DNA from: Terriglobia bacterium
Lineage (GTDB): Bacteria > Acidobacteriota > Terriglobia > Bryobacterales > Bryobacteraceae
Length of the DNA: 64,000 nucleotides
Direction: 5' to 3'
Assembly: GCA_963714205.1 (NCBI GenBank)
Contig: CAVQNQ010000002.1
Coordinates: 168,478 to 232,477, forward strand
Shown here: positions 24,301 through 33,476 of the stretch, in pieces
Layout of the letters: every line of letters starts with the position of its first letter
Numbering within the stretch: the first letter of the stretch is position 1
Made by a program: the position numbers and the translations under genes
The notes under the pieces: generated by a model
Databases searched by the model: none
What the model was told of the DNA's origin: nothing
Seen by the model: the letters and a program-made list of their open reading frames with translations, nothing else

Positions 24301-25110
24301 TCAGCGCTCCTCGCCGAGGAGAAACTCGCCTTCGGCGACAATCTCCGCCGGGCCGGTGAGATACGCCTCCTGCTCGATCCGGAGGTGGAGTGTGCCGGCG
24401 GGCGTCAGCACGTGCACGGGGGACCGCGCCATGCCACGCGCTATGGCGGCGGCGGCCGCGCCAGTCGATCCCGTGCCGGAACTCATGGTTTCGCCCGCGC
24501 CGCGCTCGTAGAATCGAACGTCGATCGAGTGCTCATCCACCGGCTTGATGAACGAAACGTTCGTGCGGTTGGGAAAATGCGGGTGCGTTTCGATCTCCGC
24601 TCCCATGGCGCGCCAGTCGAAATCGAAATTCTCCACGGGAACGGCGCACTGGGGGTTGCCTACCCACACCAGAGTTACGTCGCGGGAACCCGTCGAGAGG
24701 GGCAGCGCCAAGCGCTCCGCGCGGATCTCGGGGCGGCCCATGTTCATCTCGAATTCGAACCGCAAGCCGCGGCGCTCGATCAGGCGCAGGGTCTTGACAC
24801 CCGCGCCCGTGCGGATGCGCGCCACATCCGCGGCGTGGCCGTGGCGGATCAACAGGGCCGCCGCGCAGCGCGTTCCGTTGCCGGAGATCTCCGCCGCGCT
24901 GCCATCGGAATTGTAGAGCTGGATCTCGCCTTCGGCGCCGGCGCCGGGCACGCACGGAGCCACCAGGAGCCAGCCATCGGCACCCGCGCCCGTATGGCGG
25001 TCGCAGATGGCGCGCGCGATGGCGTCCAGGTCGCCTTCGGGCGCGTCGCGGCGCCAGGTGAGCAGGAAATCGTTCTTGGCGCCGTGCGCCTTGGTGAAGC
25101 GGATTCTCAT
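24301..25110 (-). CDS. dapF: diaminopimelate epimerase
   Basis: [19 protein letters not shown] and [14 protein letters not shown] catalytic Cys motifs. The start is chosen at the internal Met (MRIRF), and the ORF extends to 25272. Confidence 0.9.
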   Translation of the reverse strand: MRIRFTKAHGAKNDFLLTWRRDAPEGDLDAIARAICDRHTGAGADGWLLVAPCVPGAGAEGEIQLYNSDGSAAEISGNGTRCAAALLIRHGHAADVARIRTGAGVKTLRLIERRGLRFEFEMNMGRPEIRAERLALPLSTGSRDVTLVWVGNPQCAVPVENFDFDWRAMGAEIETHPHFPNRTNVSFIKPVDEHSIDVRFYERGAGETMSSGTGSTGAAAAAIARGMARSPVHVLTPAGTLHLRIEQEAYLTGPAEIVAEGEFLLGEER

Positions 25111-25442
25111 CGCACCGGTTCCACCTCCACGGCCGTGCCGTAGGCCAGCACCTCGGTGACGCCGTTCATAATTTCGGTGGCATCGTAGCGCGCGCCCAGG
25201 ACCGCGTTGGCCCCCAGGTCCGACGCGTGCTGGATCATCAGCTCGAAGGCGTCCTGGCGGGTCCGTTCGCACAGCTTGCTGAACAGCGAGATGTTGCCGC
25301 CCACGATGGTCTGCAGGCCCGCGCCGATGGTGCCCACGATGGAGCGCGAGCGCACCACGATCCCCCGGACCACGCCGAGGTTGCGCTTCACGCGGAAACC
25401 GGGAAGTTCGAATGTTGTCGTAACGTACTCATGAGGTACCAT
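25107..25442 (-). CDS. YbjQ/UPF0145-family protein
   Basis: 111 aa; conserved [15 protein letters not shown] pattern; overlaps the dapF start by 4 nt. Confidence 0.8.
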   Translation of the reverse strand: MVPHEYVTTTFELPGFRVKRNLGVVRGIVVRSRSIVGTIGAGLQTIVGGNISLFSKLCERTRQDAFELMIQHASDLGANAVLGARYDATEIMNGVTEVLAYGTAVEVEPVR

Positions 25443-26913
25443 GCATTCCTCCCGCGCGCCGGTAGATATGGATGGCCGGCGCGCCTTTCACTTCAATGCT
25501 CTTTTCCAGACGAAAGAGGCCACCGCAATGCTCCGGCGCCAGGGCGGCATCCACCGCGTCGCCGGCCTTGGCCACGGCCCATTCCTGCCACACGAATAGC
25601 TCGGGGCGCCGTATCGCCGCCAGCCAGGGCAGGCCGTTGTCGCCCGTGAAGGTCGCACGCAACGGGATGCCCGCGGCGCGGTACACGCCGGTCAGGTCGC
25701 CAAACGACGTCAAAATGCCGGCGCCCAGCCGGTAGCGCGGCGCCAGATATGCGGCAGCCCCTCCGGTCCACCCGCGACGCGCCTCGGAATTGACGCGGGA
25801 TTCCTCCCAGGTGATCCAATTCGAAGGCTGGGAGTGGAGAAACCAATGCATACTGCCAGCCACTATCACCAGCAGCGCCACCAGCGGGCGCCAGCGCGGA
25901 GCCAGGGCCACCAGGCCGGCCCCGCCTACCGCCAGCAGCGGCAGCACGGCCAAGCCATAACGAATGTTGTAGTAGGAATACGGCCACATCGCAGGCACGA
26001 AGATGGGAGTGGCTGCGGAATGAATGCTACAGACGTAGAACACACCCGGCAGGGCCAGCAGCACGATCGGCCAGAAGGCGCGCCGAGCCAGCGCGGCCAA
26101 GACGCCCGCGGTGCCCACAAGAGCCAAGCCCGGCCCGGCGCACAGCGCGGCGGAGGTGCGGTAGTAGAGCCAGGCCAGCCCCCAGTCGCCTTTACCTGGA
26201 TAGTAGGTCGATCCTTGGATGGCGCGCGCGGAATAGGGGCCGCGGATGAAATCCAGGGCATCACCCGTGAGATACCAGTGATTCGCAAGGCAATAGAGCG
26301 GCCCAGCCAGCGCGATGGCGGAAAACACGAGCGCCATTTCGATGCCGCGCCTGGCGGTCGCAAGCAGCCACAAGGCCACGAAGGGAAGGACGAACCAGCC
26401 TTCGTAGCGTGTGAGCGTTCCCGCGCAGGCGGCCAAGCCGGCGAGCACGAGCCAAACGCGGCTTTGTGTTTCGCGGAAGCGCACTGTGAAATACAGCAGC
26501 GCCGTGAGGCAGGCCAGGAAGACCGGCTCGGTCATCGGGATGGATTGAAGGTAGAGCTGGTTCGGATTCAGGGCCAGCAGAGCGGTGGCCGCCACCGCCG
26601 CGGCGTGCGAGCTGAACAGGCTCCGCACGGCCGCGAACAGGAACGAACCGGCCGCCACGAAACACAGCGCCGAAGGGATGGCTCCGGCCAGGCCGCTGCG
26701 CCACCAGGCGTCGCGGCGCACGAACGGCAGCATCAGCACGTGCGGCAGAGGCAGCCAGACGGTGCCGAGCTGATCGTATCCGGGCGTTTGGGAATCGACC
26801 ACGCGGCGCGCGATGTTCAGATGCGCCTCGGCGTCGCCGTAATAGAGCAGCCAGCCGCGGCTCGCGAAAAAGAAGACCGCCGCCGCCGATAGCAGCGCCA
26901 GACAGGCCGCCAC
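25429..26913 (-). CDS. GT-C-type membrane glycosyltransferase-like protein (GT39 / ArnT-like, multi-pass)
   Basis: Many TM helices; [14 protein letters not shown] loop motif; C-terminal soluble domain. The long ORF (reaching 27369) overlaps the pfkB gene in another frame, so the start was reset to the GTG at 26913. Confidence 0.55.
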   Translation of the reverse strand: MAACLALLSAAAVFFFASRGWLLYYGDAEAHLNIARRVVDSQTPGYDQLGTVWLPLPHVLMLPFVRRDAWWRSGLAGAIPSALCFVAAGSFLFAAVRSLFSSHAAAVAATALLALNPNQLYLQSIPMTEPVFLACLTALLYFTVRFRETQSRVWLVLAGLAACAGTLTRYEGWFVLPFVALWLLATARRGIEMALVFSAIALAGPLYCLANHWYLTGDALDFIRGPYSARAIQGSTYYPGKGDWGLAWLYYRTSAALCAGPGLALVGTAGVLAALARRAFWPIVLLALPGVFYVCSIHSAATPIFVPAMWPYSYYNIRYGLAVLPLLAVGGAGLVALAPRWRPLVALLVIVAGSMHWFLHSQPSNWITWEESRVNSEARRGWTGGAAAYLAPRYRLGAGILTSFGDLTGVYRAAGIPLRATFTGDNGLPWLAAIRRPELFVWQEWAVAKAGDAVDAALAPEHCGGLFRLEKSIEVKGAPAIHIYRRAGGMHGTS

Positions 26914-26927
26914 GAACCAGCCGCTTC

Positions 26928-27860
26928 TCAGAAAGCCGTGCAGGTCTGGAACTCCCGGTAGCGGGATTCGATCTCCTCGCGCCTGAGCGTGCGGAACCGG
27001 TCCACGCCAAATTTCTCGCAACAGAAGCTGCCCATCACCGAACCGTAGATCACAGCGCGCCGCAGCTCGGCGAAATCGAGTTCGCCACCGCGCGGCCGTA
27101 TGCCTTGGCCCGCCAGGTAGCCGATAAAGCCGCCGGCGAAACTGTCGCCCGCGCCGGTGGGATCGAAAACGTCTTCGAGCAGATAACCCGGCGCCATGAA
27201 ATGCCCGACCTGGCCGCCATCCCGCGCAAACGCCACGGCGCCATATTCGCCGCGCTTGACGATCAGCGTGCGCGGTCCCATCTCGAGGATGCAGGCCGCC
27301 GCGCGCCGCAGGTTGTGCTGGCCAGAGAGCAGGCGGGCCTCGCTGTCGTTGATGAGCAGGAAATCCCACTCGCCGATGGTTTCGAGCAGCTCGCCGCGGA
27401 AGTCGTTAATCCAGTAATTCATGGTGTCGCCGCCGGCCAGGGCGAGCGCGGGCATCTGCGCGCGAACGCTCTTCTGCAGCGCGGGCTGAATGTTGCCCAG
27501 CAGCAGGTAGGGCTCCGGGCGATAGGATTCGGGCAGCTTGGGCTGGAAATCGGCGAAGACGTTGAGATCCGTGCGGAGCGTCGTGCGATCGTTCATGTCG
27601 GCCGAATAGACGCCCGCCCAGAAGAAGGTCTTGCCCTCGGGGACGCACTCCAGGCCGGCCAGATCGACGCCGCGCGATTCGAGCAGATCGACGTCCTCGC
27701 GCGCGAAATCGCCGCCCACCACGGCCACGATCTTCACCGGCGTGAAGTAGCTGGCGGCCAGCGAAATATAGGTGGCCGCGCCGCCCAGCATGCGGTCCAC
27801 TTTCCCATGCGGCGTCTCGACGCCGTCATAGGCCACGGATCCAACCACGACAAGTGCCAT
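26928..27860 (-). CDS. PfkB-family carbohydrate kinase
   Basis: Ribokinase-like fold with DPTGAGDSFAGGF anion-hole/ATP motif near the C-terminus. Confidence 0.85.
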   Translation of the reverse strand: MALVVVGSVAYDGVETPHGKVDRMLGGAATYISLAASYFTPVKIVAVVGGDFAREDVDLLESRGVDLAGLECVPEGKTFFWAGVYSADMNDRTTLRTDLNVFADFQPKLPESYRPEPYLLLGNIQPALQKSVRAQMPALALAGGDTMNYWINDFRGELLETIGEWDFLLINDSEARLLSGQHNLRRAAACILEMGPRTLIVKRGEYGAVAFARDGGQVGHFMAPGYLLEDVFDPTGAGDSFAGGFIGYLAGQGIRPRGGELDFAELRRAVIYGSVMGSFCCEKFGVDRFRTLRREEIESRYREFQTCTAF

Positions 27861-28288
27861 CTATGGAGAGATTGTAGCAACCGGAGGTCATCGTTCATCC
27901 GGGAAAGTGAGGTGCAGCTCCTCTTCCTTCTTCTGACGCGCGGCCATGCGCAGCCCGCCGAGGAAGGCCAGCCCGCCAGGGTCCAAACGGCGAGCGTCAC
28001 GCGATCGATCTCCCGCATGCGGGAAGATCACGCCGAGGCCGCAGATCACCGCGCGCACCACCCATCCGATGAAGCCGCGACTGGCGCAGTTCCCTCCTGC
28101 GCACGGCCACCAGCATGCGGCCCGCCTGAAAGGCGAAGAGCAGCGAGAGCACGCCGAGGACTCCGCGCAGGAACTCGAAGGGAGACCGGCATCATTTTAA
28201 ACATGCCGCAGGACGGCGGTGATTGCAAGCCGCCGGGCGAACGGCGGGCGGCTTTCGTGATACAATGGCGTTACGGCGATCCCGCCCC

Positions 28289-30049
28289 ATGCCGAAAACG
28301 GACATCATTGAGAAGCCCGAGCGGCCCGTTACCGAAAACTTTGGGTGGATTGCGCTGGCGGGCAGCATCTTGTCCTGGTTTGTACTGGCGTTAGGAGCGG
28401 GAACCGCGGGCTTCGCGCTGGTTCTGATTGTCCGCTCCTTCAGCCCGGTGCTTTTCGTAGATCAGTGGACGCTGCCCGGGTATTTGCGCGCGCTGCACCA
28501 TTTGCCGCTCGCATGGTTCTGGGAGCAGCATAACGAGCACCGCCTTCCGATTCTCAAAGCCATCCAGTTGATGGACCTGTATTGGTTCGGCGGCCACAAC
28601 ATTCTGCTGGTGGCGCTGAGCGTCGCTGTGGTTGCGGCGCACGCCAGCTTCCTTGTTTATATGGTGCGAAGAGTGGGCGGGTTTTCGGCCGCGGCCGCCC
28701 GCTTTCTGGCCGGGGCGGCGCTGTTCTGCATCTTCTGCCCAAACCAGTGGGAAAACTTCGTCTGCCCCTTCGACCTTACGAACCTCATGGCCTACGGAGG
28801 CGCATCGGTGGCGGTGGGGGGTCTGATTCTGCTGCGCGAGGGCGTGGACGCAGGCCATCCGAAAAAGCGTTTGCTGGCTCTTTCGATGGCTGCGGCGTGG
28901 GTGGCCGAGTGTTCGGTGGCGGCGGGCCTGTTCCTGTGGCCCGTGCTGGTGGTAGAGGCGTGGATCCTGAGGCTCTCGGGGCGCGTGCAACTAGTGTTGG
29001 CCGCCACCGGCGTGGCCGCCGCGGCACTGTTCCTGATCGGGTGGCAATCCGTGCAGGGATCCGGCCGGCTCGGGTCGTCACTGGCCCATCCGGTCGATGT
29101 TTTCCACTACCTGATCCTGTACCTGGGCGCGGGCTGGCGCCAAGTGGATCCGCACCTGACGGGCGGCATGGGCTTATGCGGGCTGCTGCTGATGGGCGCG
29201 ATCGGTCTCTGGGTGCTGGCGCGGCGTCCGGCGAAACCGCTGGCGGTCTATGGGGCTGCGATGGGCGCTTTTCTGCTGGGCACCGGCCTTCTGACCGCGC
29301 TGGGGCGCATCAGCTTCGGCCTGGAGCAGGCCTTCGTTTCGCGCTACCAGACGGCTGTGATGCTGTTCTGGTGGGCCTTGCTGGCGGCGGCCCTGGCGGC
29401 ACTGTGGAAGGCGGATCGGGAGTGGATATTGCTTCCCATGGCAGGCTTGGCGGCGGCGTCCATGCTGGCTGCCGCGACCGGTTTCCCCGCCGTCTTGGAC
29501 GGCTGCATCGGGCGCAAGGGCCTTCTGGGGGCCGCGCGGATGGCGATTCAGATCAACGTGCGCGACGATCAGTACATCGCCGATATTTTTCCCGACCCAA
29601 CCGTACCGTTCGATGGCTATCACTTCCTCTGGAGCCAGGGGCTGGCTCTTCCCGGCCCGGACCCCTGGGGTCTAGTGGGAGTGCCGCTGACTTCGCGTTA
29701 CACCATGGCGCCGCGTGACGCCTGCACAGGGCGTGTGGACACGGTTGCCGCAATTGGCGGCACGGAGCTGGTCACGGGCTGGGCCTGGAGCCGCAACTCC
29801 CGCACCGCCGCCGAGGGCATCCTCTTCGCGGATTCGCGCGGCAGCATCGTGGGAAGCGGCGTGGCAAGCCTGCCGCGGCAGGAGGTGCGGAGTGCCGTGC
29901 CTGAAGTGACGGCCGCGAACGTGGGTTGGCACGGCTACATCCGGAACTGGCCGGACGCGGCCGGAGTCCACCCATATGCCATCCTGCCCGGCGGGCGTTC
30001 GGCTTGCGAGCTGGAGCAGAGCGTCGTGCCGCCGATTCCGGCACGGTAG
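28289..30049 (+). CDS. large polytopic membrane protein with a C-terminal soluble domain of about 170 aa (function unknown, possibly GT-C-like)
   Basis: At least ten predicted TM helices. The start is set at ATG 28289 (MPKTD), and the ORF track begins at 28223. Confidence 0.5.
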   Translation: MPKTDIIEKPERPVTENFGWIALAGSILSWFVLALGAGTAGFALVLIVRSFSPVLFVDQWTLPGYLRALHHLPLAWFWEQHNEHRLPILKAIQLMDLYWFGGHNILLVALSVAVVAAHASFLVYMVRRVGGFSAAAARFLAGAALFCIFCPNQWENFVCPFDLTNLMAYGGASVAVGGLILLREGVDAGHPKKRLLALSMAAAWVAECSVAAGLFLWPVLVVEAWILRLSGRVQLVLAATGVAAAALFLIGWQSVQGSGRLGSSLAHPVDVFHYLILYLGAGWRQVDPHLTGGMGLCGLLLMGAIGLWVLARRPAKPLAVYGAAMGAFLLGTGLLTALGRISFGLEQAFVSRYQTAVMLFWWALLAAALAALWKADREWILLPMAGLAAASMLAAATGFPAVLDGCIGRKGLLGAARMAIQINVRDDQYIADIFPDPTVPFDGYHFLWSQGLALPGPDPWGLVGVPLTSRYTMAPRDACTGRVDTVAAIGGTELVTGWAWSRNSRTAAEGILFADSRGSIVGSGVASLPRQEVRSAVPEVTAANVGWHGYIRNWPDAAGVHPYAILPGGRSACELEQSVVPPIPAR

Positions 30050-30136
30050 CGGGGTGGCAAGAGTGGCATCGCAATTTGGGAATCTTCTCTATTGACAACA
30101 ATCACAGATCGCAATATTGTTATTACAGATTGCGAT

Positions 30137-30646
30137 ATGCGGCTCGGTGAAAAGCTTCGGTACCTGCGGGAAGTGGAAGGCACGCTGCGCGGGCTCGGAG
30201 CGCGAGCTTTCGCAGCAGGAGATGGCGCGGCTGATCCAGAAGGAACTGGGTAAGTCCATCAGCCAGAGCTACTTATCGCAGATCGAGAGCGGTGCCCGGC
30301 CGCACCTCACGAACGGCTCGCGGATGCTGCTGGCGCGGTTTTTCAAGGTGCATCCGGGATACCTGGTGGATGATCCGGAGGGCTTCGCCAACGAGCTGAT
30401 TTCGGATGTGGGGGCGCTCGAGGACAAGCTGGATCTGTGGCTGGTGAGCGGCGCCGAGCGCTTCTCGCGGGACGCCGAGCTGCACCGCGCGCTGCTCACG
30501 GTGGCGCAGCACGCCGATTCGCGGATGTGCCTGATGCTGCTGGGCACGATACTCGAGAATCCGGGCCTGGCCGAGCGGCTGATGGAGGTGCTCAAGACCC
30601 GCCGCCGGCCGTGGGCAACGGCCGCAAGCCGGGGAGGCGCGCATGA
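30137..30646 (+). pseudogene. XRE-family HTH regulator, apparently frameshifted
   Basis: ATG 30137 encodes MRLGEKLRYLREVEGTLRGLG, a canonical XRE helix 1, in one frame. The remainder of the HTH (ELSQQEMARLIQKELGKSISQSYLSQIESGARP) lies in the +1 frame. The 3' end is not resolvable. Confidence 0.5.
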
Positions 30647-31232
30647 GCTGGAGCGAATTTTATCTGATCTGTTTCGTGGTGGGTTTCGGTTTGAGCGCGC
30701 TGGCGTTCGTGGCCGGCAGCACGCACCTGCATGTGCCGCACCTCGACTTTCATCATGGCATCCACATGCCGCATGCGCACGCGGGCGGCCTGGTGCGCGG
30801 CGAGCCAGGAGCTGCCCTGGTTCAATTTCGGAACGCTGGCGGCGTTTCTCTGCTGGTTCGGCGGCACGGGATACCTGCTGGAGCGGTATTACGCGGTCTG
30901 GTTCGTGCTGGCCCTGGGGGTCGCCACGCTGAGCGGGATCGGCGCCGCGGCGGTGGTCTTCTGGTTCGTGGCCAAGGTGCTGATGGCGCGGGAAGCGCGC
31001 GCTCGATCCGGCGGATTACGACATGGTCGGCGTGCTGGGGCGGCTGATCATCCCGATCAGGCCGGGCGGAACGGGAGAGATGATCTATTCGCAGGGCGGC
31101 ACGCGCCGCGTCGCCGGCGCGCGCAGCGAGGATGGCGCGGCCATCCCCAAAGGCGCGGAAGTGGTGGTGACGCGCTACGAGAAGGGCATTGCATTCGTGC
31201 GCCCGTGGGAGGAGTTCGCGGGCGACCGCTGA
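30643..31232 (+). pseudogene. NfeD-like membrane protein with a C-terminal OB-fold, split across three reading frames
   Basis: GGGGAGG RBS before ATG 30643 (MSWSEFYLICFVVGF...HAHAGG). The TM core (LPWFNFGTLAAFLCWFGGTGYLLERYY...FWFVAKVL) lies in the +1 frame. The OB-fold (DYDMVGVLGRLIIPIRPGGTGEMIYSQGGTRR...VVVTRYEKGIAFVRPWEE) lies in the +2 frame and ends at 31232. Confidence 0.6.
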
Positions 31233-31274
31233 CCGCGTGGCAAGCCGCGGTCCGAGAAGAGGAACTGACGATTT

Positions 31275-32726
31275 ATGGATAACCAAGCGTTTGTGATCGC
31301 CGGGCTCATGGTCCTGGCGGTTTTCTTCCTGATAGCCATGTTCGCCAAGCTGTTCCGTAAGGCCGGGCCCAACGAAGCCATCATTGTGTATGGCTTCCGG
31401 GGCACGCGGGTGGTGAAGGGCCGCGGCACGGTGATCTTCCCCATGGTGGAGAGCTGCCGCGGGCTGTCGCTCGAGCTGATGTCGTTCGACGTAGCGCCGC
31501 AGCAGGATCTCTATACCCGCCAGGGCGTGGCGGTCACGGTGGAGGCGGTGGCGCAGATCAAGGTCAAGTCCGATCCGGAATCGATCCTGACGGCCGCCGA
31601 ACAGTTCCTCACCAAGTCGCCGCAGGAGCGCGAAGGGCTGATCCGGCTGGTGATGGAAGGCCATCTGCGCGGCATCATCGGGCAGTTGACGGTAGAAGAG
31701 ATCGTCAAGCAGCCGGAGATGGTGGCCGAGCGCATGCGCTCCACCTGCGCCGATGACTTGAACAAAATGGGGCTCGATGTCATCTCGTTCACCATCAAGG
31801 AAGTCCGCGACAAGAACGAATACATCTCGAACATGGGGCGGCCGGACGTGGCGCGCATCAAGCGCGACGCCGACGTGGCCGGGGCAGAGGCCGAGCGCGA
31901 TACGGCCATGCGGCGCGCCATCGCCTCGCGCGAAGCGGCCGTCGCAAAGGCCCAGGCCGATCAGGAGCGGGTGCTGGCCGAGACGCTCTCGCAGACCAAG
32001 CAGGCCGAGGCGCAGCGCGATCTCGAAGTGAAGAAGGCCGAATACCTGACCATGGTCAAGACGCAGCAGGCCCAGGCGGATAAGGCCTACGAGATTCAAA
32101 CCAACGTCATGCAGCAGCAGGTGAAGGCCGAGGAAGTCACCATTCTGCAGGTTCAGAAGGAGCACGAGGTCAAGGTGCAGGAGGCCGAGATCGCGCGGCG
32201 CGAGCGCGAGCTGAACGCCACCGTGCTCAAGCCGGCGGAAGCCGAACGCCAGCGCATCGAGACCCTGGCGCAAGCCGAGAAGCAGCGCCTGGTGATGGAA
32301 GCGGAGGGACACGCAGCGGCCATTCGCGCCCAGGGCGAGGCCGAAGCCGAGATCATCTTCAAGAAGGGCGAAGCCGAGGCCAAGGCCATGAACGTGAAGG
32401 CCCAGGCGTACCAGGAGTTCAACCAGGCGGCCATCGTCGATAAGCTCATCACCGGTATGCCGGAGATAGCCAGGGCCCTGGCCGCGCCGCTGGCCAACGT
32501 GGACCGCATCACGATCGTCTCTACGGGCAACGGCGACGCCGCGGGCATGAACAAAGTCACGGGCGACATGGCCAAGATGGCGGCGCAGATCCCCGCGCTC
32601 TTCGAGACGCTCAGCGGAATGCCGCTCAGCGACCTGTTCTCGAAAGTGCGGACGATCGGCGAGAAATCGCCCAAGGCCGAGGAGAAGGCCAAAGCGGCGG
32701 CGCAGGGGACGGCGCCGCAGGCATAG
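31275..32726 (+). CDS. flotillin-like SPFH/band-7 protein (FloA/YqiK type)
   Basis: N-terminal TM segment, SPFH domain, then a long EA-rich coiled coil; 483 aa; RBS present. Confidence 0.9.
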   Translation: MDNQAFVIAGLMVLAVFFLIAMFAKLFRKAGPNEAIIVYGFRGTRVVKGRGTVIFPMVESCRGLSLELMSFDVAPQQDLYTRQGVAVTVEAVAQIKVKSDPESILTAAEQFLTKSPQEREGLIRLVMEGHLRGIIGQLTVEEIVKQPEMVAERMRSTCADDLNKMGLDVISFTIKEVRDKNEYISNMGRPDVARIKRDADVAGAEAERDTAMRRAIASREAAVAKAQADQERVLAETLSQTKQAEAQRDLEVKKAEYLTMVKTQQAQADKAYEIQTNVMQQQVKAEEVTILQVQKEHEVKVQEAEIARRERELNATVLKPAEAERQRIETLAQAEKQRLVMEAEGHAAAIRAQGEAEAEIIFKKGEAEAKAMNVKAQAYQEFNQAAIVDKLITGMPEIARALAAPLANVDRITIVSTGNGDAAGMNKVTGDMAKMAAQIPALFETLSGMPLSDLFSKVRTIGEKSPKAEEKAKAAAQGTAPQA

Positions 32727-32758
32727 GGATGGCATAGAGATTAGGAAAGGAGCATTCC

Positions 32759-33421
32759 ATGGCACTCTTAGAGCGAGTCGCGACATTGGTTCGCGCGAAC
32801 ATCAACGACCTGGTGGACCGGGCGGAAGATCCGGAGAAGATGATCAAGCAGGTCATCCTCGACATGGAGAACCAGTTGTTGCAGGTCAAGACACAGGTGG
32901 CGATCTCGATCGCCGACCAGCACGTGCTGGAGAAGAGGCTGGCGGAGAGCGAGGAGAACGTGCGGCAGTGGATGCGCCGGGCGGAGTTGGCGGTGGACAA
33001 GCATGACGATGCCCTGGCGCGCGCCGCGGTGGAGCGGTCGATGAGTTATAAGACCACCGCGGAGAGCTTCCGCCAGCAGGTGGAGGATCAGAAAGCGCAG
33101 GTGGAAAATCTCAAAACGGCGCTGCTGAAACTGCGCCAGAAGCTGGAGGAGGCGCAGGCCAAAAAGGACGTGCTGATCGCCCAGCACCGGCGCGCGCGCG
33201 CCCTGGGTAAGGCCACGGAAGCCAGCCTGGGCATGGGCGACGGGTCCAAAACGGCGGCCTTCGATCGCATGAAGAACAAAGTGCAGCACTCCGAGGCCAC
33301 CGCCCAGGCGCACGCGGACCTGTTGGCGGACGACGTGGAGGGGCAGTTCGCGGCGCTCGAGAAGCAGCAGGAGATCGACCGCCTGCTGGAGGAGATCAAG
33401 TCCAGGCGGAAGGCCGGCTGA
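32759..33421 (+). CDS. pspA: PspA/IM30 (Vipp1) family protein
   Basis: MALLERVATLVRANINDLVDRAEDPEKMIKQ N-terminus and coiled coil throughout; 220 aa. Confidence 0.9.
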   Translation: MALLERVATLVRANINDLVDRAEDPEKMIKQVILDMENQLLQVKTQVAISIADQHVLEKRLAESEENVRQWMRRAELAVDKHDDALARAAVERSMSYKTTAESFRQQVEDQKAQVENLKTALLKLRQKLEEAQAKKDVLIAQHRRARALGKATEASLGMGDGSKTAAFDRMKNKVQHSEATAQAHADLLADDVEGQFAALEKQQEIDRLLEEIKSRRKAG

Positions 33422-33426
33422 AACGC

Positions 33427-33463
33427 GGGGCAGGCGGGCGCGCTGCTGGTCCCCAGTATTTTT
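33427..33463. terminator. putative bidirectional intrinsic terminator between pspA and metH
   Basis: Imperfect GC-rich hairpin (GGGGCAGGCGGGCGCGCTGCTGGTCCCC) followed by a T-run (TATTTTT). Confidence 0.3.
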
Positions 33464-33476
33464 CGCGGACCGGAAG

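Noticed and set aside
25429-27369. Possible fusion or frameshift between the GT39-like protein and the PfkB kinase (440-nt ORF overlap)
   Set aside because: The overlapping part of the membrane-protein frame has no hydrophobic or conserved character. The kinase is complete in its own frame. The overlap is best explained by an open frame upstream of a GTG start.
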